Shown here piece by piece: positions 11,701-23,783 of a stretch of 64,000 nucleotides of DNA. The stretch spans positions 1,862,001-1,926,000 of the forward strand of contig CM119378.1 in assembly GCA_051294905.1 (NCBI GenBank), given 5' to 3'. Both the position numbers and the translations under genes were made by a program. Under the pieces are notes generated by a model. The model did not search any database. It had not been told where the DNA came from and was given only the letters and a program-made list of their open reading frames with translations. This stretch comes from Botryllus schlosseri. Its lineage: Eukaryota. Every line of letters begins with the position of its first letter. The first letter of the stretch is position 1.

Positions 11701-14700
11701 CGGCATTTCGCTCTAATTTAGTGAAATTGGACAACTAGAATTATCTAGTTGTCCAACCATATACTTGGACAATTAGAATAGTTTCAGCTTTTCCAAATTA
11801 GATTAGAATTAGATTACTGACATTTTGCTCTAATTTAGTGAAATTAGACAACTAGAATTATCTAGTTGTCCAAGTCTGGTCCGGTAATCTTGAGGATGGA
11901 CTAGTAAAGATCATAATGTCCTCTCTAGTCAAATTTATGAATATTTCTGGCGAAGCAATATATTGTAGGGATGGTGTGAGCCTCGGAAAGGTTCAGGTTC
12001 GTGTGAACGCGAACCTTTTAGAAGGGTTCTGTGTGAACGCGAACGTGAACCTAACGCCGTCACGTGACGACATATTGCTAATTCCAATGGTATATATTAA
12101 TGAAGTGATAGCCTATTAGTGTACACGATACCTAGCGACGACTCGGACAACAGTGCTGAAGTATATATCGAAGTTTTAAACGTCGTCAAATGTATCAACT
12201 GGGTCACTCAAATGATATAATAATCCCATGAAATCAATATCTTCCGTCGCCTTGCCAACAATTGCGACGAGGACTTGCAACGGAGCATAAGCTTCCGCCT
12301 TAACGGTCTATAGGCCAGACCGGACAGTACATTCGACGTCTGAGTATTGCTACGTTGATATTGAGCAGAATATAAAACGCTGCATCCCAATCGCGCGAAT
12401 TTGTTTTTAGGATACAATAAATCTATATGAAATCAAGATTGACCTCGTATGCCTGCTAGATTTTTTACATCATACAGCGACATCAATTTCACTGATTGGT
12501 TGAATAAGCATCATTCGCTGACTACCTACACCTACCTACGTGTACTGTATATAGCTCTTGATATTGTGTGATTGCGGGTCATGCTCACAGCAGATAGTCA
12601 CTAAATATTCGAGCATACTTTTGTAACAAAGCAAGTAAATTTTTTGAGATTGTGAAGGTTCATGCTCGTTTAATTTTGATTTTTTTATGCTGCCGGCGCC
12701 ATGTGTATAGTGGCCCGCAGTTGAAATACAATAAATTTCAACCAATGAACAATGAAGGGAAAATTGTAATATATGAAAAAGGTTCACACAGTGCATAACC
12801 TACCAAGGTTCGTTTGTGAACGCGAACCCCTAAATTTCTGAGGTTCACACATAGAACGCGAACGTGAACCTCACGTTCACACCATCCCTAATATATTGTC
12901 TGTCGCGTCTCAAGATGTGCAGAATTTACAGTCATGATTAAAAGTAAGACCCCCATTTCATGATAATCAGGTCGCATCGGGTAGGACTAGCTTAAATAAT
13001 AAGATATGCATTATTTTATTACTAGCTTTGGATCGTACGTAGTTGTTCAAGAAAGCAAGTTCGCTGTAAAGGCGCCCCCGACTATCGAGATGCACCATGG
13101 CGGGATGTTGACTTGCTCTGGGCTGACCACGTTTTCTGCAGTCTCCAAGATCAAGCCTCACTTCGAAGGAACAAAAGGTTAGCATGTGCGTCGTGATGCG
13201 ACGTGACTGAAGTCTTACTTAGTAGATTTCTCCTTATCCTACGCTTCGAATGATACGATAGATGTTGACTCCAAACAACGCACCAGTATCCAAAATTGCA
13301 AATCGTCCAACTGCCAGAGGCTGTGATCGTGTCCAGAATGTTAGGAACGAAATACAGATGATTTGCGGTCGATATGTCATCAGCAAAATCCGTGATGGTC
13401 GGTTCGAGGGTCACGTAATTGGCATTGCGGGGTACCACAGCTATCCGTTCTATAATGAGCATTCCCAACAACGCGTGTGATGCTCTGGCGGTTTTGTGGT
13501 TTGTCATAAATCAGACTAGGCTGTCCGCTTATCATGCATGGTACGGACAATATATTGATATGCGTTAACGTTTGTAGCAGAGAGAAAAAAATCGAGTATA
13601 TACTAAGAATCTACTACATACGCTTATTCACTGCTGACGATTTCGCGGTAGAATGATATTTATATGATTGCAGGGACGCAATACCTATTGGTGATAGGAA
13701 CAGGCGGACTTGGGCTATTCTGCCTTCAATTCGCCAAATTCCTTCTTCCTCCAAACACTCGGATTATCGCTGCTGACATTGAGGTGGGCTATCTTTATGG
13801 TAAGCTGTGGACTGATCACCACTTCACAGAAACATCATTTCCACTAACGCACGTAACTTCGTGCATATATTACATATGTTTCGCATGCTGTGATACTGTA
13901 CCAATCGAGATTCAAAGCCTGCCACTGTTGGAAATAGTATCGGGAGTATAATTGTTGCTGTTAAATTGGCTCTTAGTAGCACAGGAGTGCATAATTTCAG
14001 TACTCGAAATAATAACCTCTCTCTTCTTGACCGGAATCATTACATTGCGGTTGCAGTAGGCCTGCTCAGTACTTGCATCATTGTGCCAACTCTGTTGGGC
14101 TGGTGGTACAATTCTCAGCGACATAGTTATAATTTCTAATGCATTCTATTCCCAGGAGAATAAGTTGGCTACAGCACTTGAGCACGGTGCGGATGACGTG
14201 ATATGGTGGGATCGTTCTAAAACGCCGAAGGAAACACCGGATGACGACGATGATTTCGTCCGACAAATGTTGGAAAAATCGAACGGCGGTTTTCACGGAG
14301 TTATCGACATCGTGAACTGTCCCGCCACCGTGACGAGAGCAATGAAAGGAATGCGCAAGGTAAAGTGAGACCGAACTTCTGGTTTGGCTGAGATATGGGC
14401 ATGCGGCACTTGAGCATGTGGGTTCAATTCTGGGTTAGGGTTAGATTTAGGTCAGGATATAGATAAGTAGAATGTCCCGAGATTTATTGGAACACATGCG
14501 CATCAAGCCCGGAGAAAAGGTCGTATCTGATTCATCCCATGAAGCCTATAGAAAAGAAGTCGAGAATTCTGCCATTATCAAGCAACTAATGTAACCCTTT
14601 TTCCTAGCGCGGGCTCCTAAATTCTTTTGGGCGGATGAGTGCCCGCCTTTTGTCGTGGAATTCGGAAACTTGATGCCATTATTCATTGTATCGCCTACTC

Positions 14701-15160
14701 ATATTTCGGGCAACCCGAATTCTGTTCTCAACGCGAACCCGAGTCTAATCTGGGTTCGCTGTGCAGGGCGGGGCGTTGGCGCTCGTGGGAATGTTCGGCG
14801 GAAATTTGGACCTGCACCTGCGAAACTTTATCCGTCTCGTGCCGACGGTGTACGGGATCAAAGTCGGTTCCTTCTCCACTTTCTGCAAGCTGTTGGAATT
14901 CGTTGCACAGCATCCGGTGGGTCATCATGCTTAACCAGACAAAACATATTTCAAGTCAGTCGGTGATTTCTTGCTAGTCCTGCTGTTTTCACAGTCGTAA
15001 ACATATCCTGCAAAATGTAACTTTGCATGCACTTTGCCAATTTTACATTCAGATCAAATACCCGCCGTGCAGTTTCCACAAACTAGAGGAGCTTCAAGAC
15101 GTTCTGAACTTGATGAACGCCAGAAAGATTACAGGCAGAGGGATCCTACAATATGAATGA
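8726..15160 (+). CDS. Zn-dependent MDR alcohol dehydrogenase paralog A, 368 aa. Exons 8726-8818, 9499-9652, 9858-9993, 13026-13177, 13674-13783, 14156-14359, 14767-14916, 15053-15160
   Basis: All introns GT-AG with consistent phases; 1107-nt spliced ORF. Motifs: CGICHSD, GHE, YPWIGCLDCDDC-x7-C (structural Zn), LTCSGLTTFSA, Rossmann GTGGLG, ADI acidic residue (NAD preference), C-terminal KITGRGIL. Confidence 0.95.
9275..9438. mobile_element. 164-bp MITE in ADH-A intron 1
   Basis: Perfect 8-bp TSD atgtacgc (9267-9274 / 9439-9446); ends tagtgcggagc ... gctccgcgcta; internal ccgg repeats. Confidence 0.85.
10662..11509. mobile_element. hAT-like MITE, left terminus apparently lost, inserted in the LINE 3' UTR
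   Basis: Right TIR aaaaggttgggaaccactg; gggggccacg subterminal repeats; interrupts 'caccttggcc|taggcg' of the LINE. Confidence 0.65.
11643..11878. mobile_element. 236-bp MITE built as a tandem dimer of a ~119-bp unit
   Basis: 18-bp perfect TIR CAGACTTGGACAACTAGA; perfect 8-bp TSD gtccggta; empty site 'gtggtccggtaatctt' at ~46027. Confidence 0.93.
11966..12890. mobile_element. hAT-type MITE family 'TAGGGATGGTGTGA', copy 1
   Basis: TIR tagggatggtgtga / tcacaccatcccta; perfect 8-bp TSD atatattg; gaacgcgaacc subrepeats. Confidence 0.92.
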
Positions 15161-16288
15161 AACCGCACAAGAGTCAGTGAAGAGAACAACGAATAGCTAT
15201 TCATATTATGATGCATCGACCAATAAACGTATCGGATCATACCTAGTAATTTATTACGTAAAACTAACACCACTTGCAGTGCGATATTCAAAAGTGCTAG
15301 CAAAAATTTCTCCGTTATAAGCACAGATTGCAATTGTCTGACAAGCAATATTGGTAATGTGGTCGGTAAATATGGACAGATCGTCAGACCAATTTCTACT
15401 CAAATAAATGCATATAGACATCCTGATGATCAACAAATTGAAGTTGGTGTTCCTTTGTACTCATCACAATAGATATAAGTGCACTGTAAACGAAAAATTG
15501 TGCGTTAGTCGATTTTCACCATAGCATTGTGTAAATCTGGTAAACGACAATTCCATGTCCCGATTGTGATTTCACATCCGCGCAATGGGTAACAATGAGA
15601 CAAACACACCGATCCTAATGAATATATGTCCCAATTACCAACCCATGTTCCACCAATAGATTTACAATGTGTAAGCAGCTGTAGCCGGTACGTCGTCGAT
15701 CCGTCTAACTGTCGGATAAGGTCAAGGATTCAGATGCAGTTGAGCACACTCCACTTTTCATAAGGCCGGTCTTGTTACTAGGAGGTTCGAAGCCACTATG
15801 GCTCCACAACAGGGCGCTAACGCAACCGCGTATTAGGAATGGTGCGATCCTGAGTTACGAATCCAAATGTCATCACTGACCGAAGGTCACGAATGCCACA
15901 CGACATTCTGGAATGTAAAAGTCGGGGTCTGCAATATTCTTTTACGTTGATGTGCAGAGCCAATTTGCACGTGGCATCGCAAGCAAATATTTGCGACTCC
16001 ATATATCTGAGGATCTGCTGTCTTCACAGCAAATATAAGGTTATATGACGCAACGCGAGGCCATTGAGCTCAGATAACGGCATGGGAAAGGAGGGTTGTG
16101 CAGCTACATCCTGTGTTAGTGGATATTTTCGCACTTCACAGAAATATAACTTGGTTAGTCTAGAATTCGGGGATACTCAACTGATTTTTGCAAAGGTCCA
16201 GTTACAACAGTCCGTTATAACTTGCAGGAAATAATTTACTGTCGTGCAAATGTAATACGGCATAACTGTATACAGAATATGGTAATGC

Positions 16289-16639
16289 TAGAGTTGCCGT
16301 ACGTCCTATTTTATGAGGATTTGTCCTCTTTTTTGAAAATTCCTGTTAAATGTATGTGAAAATTGGACTGAGATATAGGAAATCAGCACGGAAGCAACGG
16401 CCCGGCGGGTCTTTCGGGAGTCGAGCCAGAAAGACAACTTTTATAGTCAACCAACAGAAATCTCATTGAAAGTGGGTAATTCAGGAGTCGAGGCGGAAAG
16501 ATGAGCTTTTTTTTTCAGTCAACCAACTCCAAAATCGGAGTAAATTTACCAATTTTTCCGGATTTTTCTCCGGGTATTGCAAGTATGAAAATTTTGAAGG
16601 TGTGTCCACTTTTCAGATTCCCAAAATATGATAACCTTA
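16289..16639. mobile_element. hAT-type MITE (TAGGGTTACCATA-like family), copy 1
   Basis: Perfect TSD ggtaatgc (16281-16288 / 16640-16647); ends tagagttgccgta ... tatgataacctta. Confidence 0.85.
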
Positions 16640-16882
16640 GGTAATGCGGTATTAATAAAAGCAATAAGCAACATATATTTATGGTTTTGCCAGTCACAAC
16701 TAGTGGGAGGATTGGTATTTTTTTAATTCCGCTGGTACTTTAAATCTTGAACTTGTTAAAAAAAAAATACCAAGTAAATACTAAGGCAGATACGGTCCGG
16801 ATTCAACACCGAAAAGGCCCGCCAGATTAGTAGCCCTGATTTAGATAGAATAAAACTGCTGCGTGGTTTATTGCGCATAATG

Positions 16883-17258
16883 TAGGCTTACCATGTTTTG
16901 GAAATCTAAAAAGAGGACAATTTTTCAGAAAGTTCAGACATGCCAAACCGGAGAAGAATTCTCCAAAACCGGTAAATTTTTCCCACCTCGTGATCGGTTT
17001 ACTAAAAAAAAATAAAAAAAGGTCATCTTTTCGCTCAGAGCTAAATTCACCGTTTTTCACTCCGAAATACCCGCTGGAGTGTCACTTCTGTGCTCATTTA
17101 CGGCATATCACTCGCAATTTCCTCTAAATCTGACCTAAATTTTCAAAAAAGTGGACAAAATCTCAAAAAAGAGGACGAAAGGGCGTCCTCCGAGGACACT
17201 TTCAAAAAAGTCAAAAAAGAGGACAACTGCTCTTAAAAGAGGACGTATGGTAACCCTA
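16883..17258. mobile_element. Same MITE family, inverted copy ending about 90 bp upstream of the ADH-B ATG
   Basis: Perfect TSD gcataatg (16875-16882 / 17259-17266); right end ggacgtatggtaacccta. Confidence 0.88.
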
Positions 17259-17347
17259 GCATAATGATAATATTCTCACTTATGATAACTGTTTGTTTTT
17301 ATAGTTACGATATCCACAGAACGCTTTAGATTTACCAGACACGCGGC

Positions 17348-20300
17348 ATGATGGAGCAAGCGAGCTTGACAGCACCCGGAGTACCTCTCGAAATTCAACG
17401 AGGAGAAATTCCGGAACCGCCCCCAAAGGGGGTCGTCGTGAAGGTAAATTTCGTTAAACAACACCGATCTTGATTTTTATAAATTTGGGTTATCGTCATA
17501 TCAACATTTATATTAATAAGTGCATCGGGTCAGGTGTTAAACAATGTCCATTCAAGTCGTCACTTTCGCTCAAAACCGCTATGCCTGCGTTGAGGGGTTG
17601 ATAATAGATTGGAAAATGCCGCTTTCAATGGCATTATACTGGTTTGAATTACACGTTGTACAGCTTGTGAAATATCTTTACTGCGCAGTCTATCATTATA
17701 ATCATTGGCTAAGATGAATGTTGCTAAACCTATTAATGCGGAGGCTCGCGTACAGAAAACGTGCTTGTTTCAACTCTGTTCGAAAACAATACAATTCTTC
17801 AGAACATGGAAATATTGGCGATTCATTCCAGTGTGGTTTGTCGCGTGCGCTCGATAACATAAAAATAAAATTCAGCACACTTATCTATATAGTCGTGATC
17901 GTTTGGCTCTTGCTATAGTTTTTCCACTGTTACCTTTTATGATCTTACGAATCACGACAACGGAGTTTCTCTGTTTCCAAAGCTGGGTTACATTCTTACA
18001 CCAGGACCCTATAGGGTTATGTATAGCATTCATCAAGGTACAAGCCTAAATAGCTATACAAGACGGTATCTTATGTGAAGCCCCAACTAATGATGCTACA
18101 TATTCATATTTTACCGAAGACCGACGACATTGAGAATAGTCTGCGAACAAATTTCAGACTTTTTGATCTAGTAACTGCTTCAGTAATTAAAACATTAATG
18201 ACAATATTAGCATGGCTAAGTTACATGTATACTAATAAATCCCTACGCGAAACACACCCTGAATCAGTCTATTAGCTTATTGCAAGTTTACAGGTAATAA
18301 TAACCCCCATCACACTAACATATGTAAGGATAAATAAACGGTTCCAAACATCATTTAACTACAGCGTGGGGTGAAGGCTACAGACTGCGCGCAAAGCAAT
18401 ACATCTGTCCCGGTCGAGCAATGTCAATTGTCCATTCATGATGAGCCATAATTTAAGAAGAAAACATATTTCATATACCAACGAAATTTAAGATAAATCA
18501 AATAACCTATTATCAAGTAATATGTCCGACAAAGCTATGTCCTATGCTTATTATGGAAATACTACAGTGCAAAAAAAGTGTAATTGACTTGAAGACTAAA
18601 AAGTGCGCAGTATACGGGTCGATAAACAAGAAAACTTCCGCGAATATATGGACATCAGTCCAGCAATCTGATTATTCCATTCGATCCTCATAAGCTAAGG
18701 GTAATCATATAATTAGAATCTAAAATACCTAACATCCTCCCTCGAAATGCGATGTCGTCCATTTCCCGCCTAATCAGGACTCGCATCATTTCATAGACAC
18801 AATACTGCGGGATATGCCACTCGGACGTCATGTGGCTTAAGAATGCTGCCGACGTCACGAAAGACCCGAAAAATACCTTTGCAATGAAAATGCCAGCGAC
18901 AATGGGCCACGAAGTATCGGGACAAATCTTCAAGATCGGAGCATTGGTCGGTAGGTACCTTTTTCCTATACCCTGCCGCTACAGTGCTCAGAAATGCCCA
19001 ATTGCCCATATGCATTCAATCGCTCGTGACGAATAAACATTAAACAAGCTGTACTCTTGTCTTCCTTACAGGGCGAAACCGAATATATTTCTTGTAATGT
19101 TTAGTATAGATAACTAGCATGCGGATTGCGGACATATGTACCTGACTGCACGGTTGGGCAACCATCAGCTCCGGATAGAAATCAGCATTGCTACGAAAAA
19201 TCGAAGAGCCGCGATAGGTAGCCTAATTGCCACGGTTATTGTATTTGGCGTTCTGATTGTTCAGAATAATGCTGATTATCGACTTTTAAGGGGAATTTTA
19301 GGGCTGTTGCACTGTCCTGACTTAATTATAATATCTATTTGAGGATTCACTGCGACACCTTTCGTTCAAGACCAGTTTTAATGTATTGTTGCGCTCTGGT
19401 CGCAAGCTATAAGATTACCAAGTTTGTTCACGAAACTGCATGCTGCGGTGTCTGGTTGCCCAACCGCGCAGTCAGGTTTCTTGCATCCGTAAGTTAGGTT
19501 TCTATATTCTCATTATCGGAGCTCAGTGAATAATAATTCTCTAGCCTTGAAGTTAACCATAATGACCAATATTCAGATGATCCAAGCCTAAAAATCGGAG
19601 ATGACGTGCTCGTATATCCGTGGATAGGCTGCGGGAATTGTTTCGATTGCGATAACGACAGAACGCAATGCTGCTTAGGACGAATGCACAAAGTCGGATG
19701 GCAGCATAGCGGCGGGTAGGTGTGTTTGGCGAAAAGAACAGTACGACATTTTGCGCCTGTTACGTTACAGTACGAAATAACGACATATACATCGTGCTAT
19801 ATACTATTCTACAGAACTGGGTGATTTGTAATGGCAATCGCCGATTACCTCATTTTAAAGTAATGTTAATCCTAATCGTTCGTTTAACATATCTCGATTT
19901 CTTGGTAAAAGACGATTACTTGACTTTATATTATACCATGCAACATTCGTGGGATCAAGTAATTACCGACGATTCGCAAGTCCCTTCGAGTCAATGCAAC
20001 TTTTAAGTCGAGTCAAATCCAGTCCTAACTAAATCGCTACAAATAACATGGGAAATAGATCAGTCAGTGAATTGAAAGTTGACTTGAAACCGTGACTCGC
20101 TAGTCACGAGTGATTTCATATCTCTCATAATCTAAGTTCTCTCATTTCTCAGAGTCCGAGTCAAGTCAAGTCATTTTAGAGTGGGGACTCGAATCAAGAC
20201 AAGTCAGTAAGATGTAACACGAGTCAGAATATAGTCAAGTCTTCACTCATGCTTTCGAGTGACTCAAGCAAACAGAACAATCGATCTCGGTTGTTTTCAT

Positions 20301-22882
20301 TGGGCCGTGGATGATTGACAGGCCACGCAGTAACCGTGTTATCTCCCTGTAGTTTGCAATGGTTAAATAGAACACACGCCTTAAGCAAACCATCTTATCT
20401 CATGGCGCATAATGCAGCATCACGTCATTTTTGTCCCAGCTTCGGAACGTACGTCACTGTGTCAGAAAGCAAATATGCTGTAAAGGCTCCACCGAATATT
20501 TCTCTAAACGTCGGCTGCATGCTGACATGTTCCGGCCTCACAACGTTTTCAGCCGTCTCAAAAATCAAGCCATATTTTGAGGGAAAGACGGGTAAAACTT
20601 GTTTTAAGATTGGTGATAATCCAGCAATGAATTAAAGCATTGAAACGTATTCATTCAGGTCAGCAAACTATATTAGTCATTGGTGCGGGTGGATTGGGAC
20701 TGTTCTGTCTTCAGTTCGCGAGAGCTCTCTTGCCCAAAGGAACGCGGATCGTCTCAGCCGACGTGGAAGTGCGAACACACAATAGCATGTACAATACGAC
20801 TGTTCAAAATACTTCTTCTAATTTCACTTTTTCACTGAATAAATTGATATGTTGCCTACAAAAACTACTGAATTCATAAAAAAACGGGAAATTTATTGAA
20901 ATTCGATATTAAAAAGAAATACATATGAAAACAAAGTTCATTCATGGCATGTGACGGACTTGGCGAGAGTAAATACTATTATTTTCGAAATTGATAGAAA
21001 TTTCAATCTGGGTGTAAACCGCTTCTACTGGTTAGAATTAGGCAAAATTTGTTATTCAGCGTTCTTGTAGCCAACCTAACAATTTTAACATTGAAAAAAT
21101 GAAACTATGGAAAAAGTTTTTTTAACAGTCCCACTGTACAAACTAGCACCATCCAATCTTACGCATACATTTTCTTGACTCAGCAAGCAAAACTCGACAC
21201 GGCTCTCGAGCATGGTGCGGATGACGTCATCATGTGGAATGCCGCACAGACTTCGGACGGCAGTCCGGCAGATGACGACGAATTCGTTCGTCAAATGAAT
21301 GAGAAATCAGGAGGAGGATTTGATGGTATCATTGATATAGTCGGGTCGAACGGGTCGGTGGCAAGGGCGCTGAAGGGTCTCAAAGTGGTGAGAATTGCTT
21401 GGCGCTGGGCTCCCTCACAATGCGAAATATGTTGAGCTGCTTTTATGCAGAAGTGGTCAACGTATGACTACTTTGCTATGACTGTTACGTTCCTGCAGAA
21501 GTAGAAGGAAAGCCGTAAATTGCTACTCAATTACCAGTAGAAGTCTCGATTTGCAAGACATGACAAAATTATTACGCTTGAAGCAGAAATCGGCGTGTCT
21601 TGACACAGACTCAAGTATGTAGTTTCAAAAAGTATATTTCGTCGATGCGTCGTATACGGTCAGCAGTTAATCGGAGATCGATATGACTTTCAATAACATT
21701 GCAAGATACATCTTCGAGACCAACGCAAAACGACCAGAGGCACTGCAACTTGGTACTATCTTCGAAAATATGTTCAGATACTTGGACACATAGGGTTTCA
21801 TATGAAGAGCTCACTCATAAAAGTGTCGCAAACTTATCCACAAGTACTTTCAACTTTTAAAAAATCAGCATGTAAAAAAGGGAGTAGGTTTGCGTGGTGT
21901 GAAGATGTAATAATCATACGGCAGTGTGGATTCGGAAGGTCGCTGAAATCTGACCTAGCCCCATACAGGCCTGTTCACGTAGACATTCACAGCTCGGTTA
22001 GGAATGTCTTGTGCTACTAAACCAGGCTGCGTAGAGTTTGAAATAATAGGATGTGTATTCCCACCCGTGTACCACCCCTGATATCATGGTGTGAATATCC
22101 ACCCATAGCACACGAAACCAGAACCTACCTCAGACTTATACCGCGGAAGAAATCGAGTTTAATATTTAATTCCAAATTATGCATGCACGATTGCACGTGC
22201 ACGTAATAGGAGAGTAAGGAAAGTATGCACGTAGGCACATAGGATTTATGACCGCGATATAATTCTGAGTTAGGTTATGTTTTCGTGAACCACTCTTTCC
22301 GGTCTTTGAGATGTAAATACACACTTTTTCGCTAAGTGCAGCAGTACAATCATTAATACGCATTCTAGGATGGAGCCTTGGTTTTGGTCGGATTGTTCGG
22401 GGGTCAGCTGACGATCGATTTACGAAGATTTTTGTGGCGAGTTCCGAACATCCATGCCATTAGAGTTGGCCCCTTTTCAAACTTCCTAAAGATGGTGGAT
22501 CTCATCAGCAAAACTACGGTGGGTGGACTATAACCTACATGGAATCAATCTTAAAAGTATACGACTCTGTTCGCAAATATGTACCAGGGAGATTGGTAAA
22601 TGCGAAATTTATTTCATATTTCTACGAAACATATGCTACTTTGCGGTATGGACAACAGTCAGTTGCACAAATTCACAATATCATAGGCAAGCCCATATAT
22701 TATACTTATATAATTATACATATATTAATCATGACTGCCACCACGCGACAATAATGATCACTTTTTTCAAATAGATCAAGTATCCACCGATCACCTACTT
22801 CAAGCAGGAAGAGCTCAACGGCGCGATAGAACAACTAGTTCAAAGGAAAATAAACGGACGCGGTATATTGAAATATTACTAA
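17348..22882 (+). CDS. Zn-dependent MDR alcohol dehydrogenase paralog B, 370 aa. Exons 17348-17443, 18797-18950, 19577-19715, 20440-20591, 20659-20768, 21184-21387, 22369-22518, 22775-22882
   Basis: GT-AG introns at the same positions as in paralog A; six exon lengths identical (154, 152, 110, 204, 150, 108). Motifs: CGICHSD, GHE, YPWIGCGNCFDC, LTCSGLTTFSA, GAGGLG, VGLFGG, KINGRGIL. Confidence 0.95.
19140..19477. mobile_element. Inverted-repeat element in ADH-B intron 2
   Basis: acctgactgcacggttgggcaacca ... tggttgcccaaccgcgcagtcaggt (about 25-bp TIR, one mismatch); no clear TSD. Confidence 0.75.
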
Positions 22883-23783
22883 GCGAATGGGATTTGGAAT
22901 CTTCACGGTATGAAAGTTGGATTCGACGGCGAAAGGGTTGCTATAATGACGAAAGAAATGTTTTCATTTAATTTTGAACAATTTCAATAGAACGATTCGA
23001 AACTAAATTACATTTTCAGCACTGATGTGCTCTGATGGCTGGCTATTCCTACTACTTTATACTATTATGAGTATACTGCATACGTAGTTGGATCTATCAG
23101 CTATATGGATGCTACTGCGCACGCAAATGGACATGGTATTCAAATTAGAACAATCTCAAGTACTTTAAAACGGTCGTTTTCACGTTCGATTTTCGACAAG
23201 GAGTGCATACTATCCTCCGTAAAATCAGTCTTTGTTTCCTACAAATAGAAAATGGCTTGTTCAGGTGCAAGTGGGTCGTTAAACTCGAAAACCATTATGC
23301 GCTTCAAAGGCTAAATACAGTACAAAGACAAAGGCTTTCCGAACTGTGCAGCTAAAATTTTCGAAGTTATAGTAGAAAATGCGTCTCAGTGGCTTGTCCT
23401 TGTGCCCAAATGTATACTTCCATACTGAGGTCTATATTCATTTCCTACATATTAGTATGTTGTCATCAGATTACCGCTTCCCTACACGTTTTTAAGTGGA
23501 GAAGCCTACGTTATTAACAGGTTGCTAGCACAGGAATCAGCCCAAACCGATCGACATGTCACTAACGTGGGTGGTGAATTTAGTATGGCGCTCTGCAAGC
23601 TTCTAGTAAGCGCTGTGATTGCATTTAAACAATAAAATGCACCGACACCGACGATGTAAGCTATTATAGATCTGAGTGTCATACCACAAGTATCAGGAAT
23701 GAGAGGGTGTCAAAATATAATTCACCGCATGCCAGAAGATATATTTTCAGTTACTTAGTAATATAGATATTTAGTCCTATATA

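Larger units (their letters stand above)
10531..11903 (-). mobile_element. 3' end/UTR of a LINE (same family as 45782-46290) with (ATG)n tail, interrupted by two MITEs
   Basis: Near-colinear with 45782-46053 once ~10662-11509 and 11643-11878 are removed. Confidence 0.85.

Noticed and set aside
11643..11878. Regularly recurring 'ttggacaactaga' units, superficially CRISPR-like
   Set aside because: The intervening sequences are duplicated rather than unique, the unit has TIRs and a TSD, the context is eukaryotic, and no cas genes are present
9836..14977. Track ORFs overlapping ADH exons in other frames or strands (e.g. 9888-10124, 14639-14977, 14655-14966)
   Set aside because: Shadow frames of the spliced ADH-A gene
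15540..15575. Minus-strand ITIGTWNCR resembling the start of a LINE AP-endonuclease
   Set aside because: No further endonuclease motifs follow; may be chance
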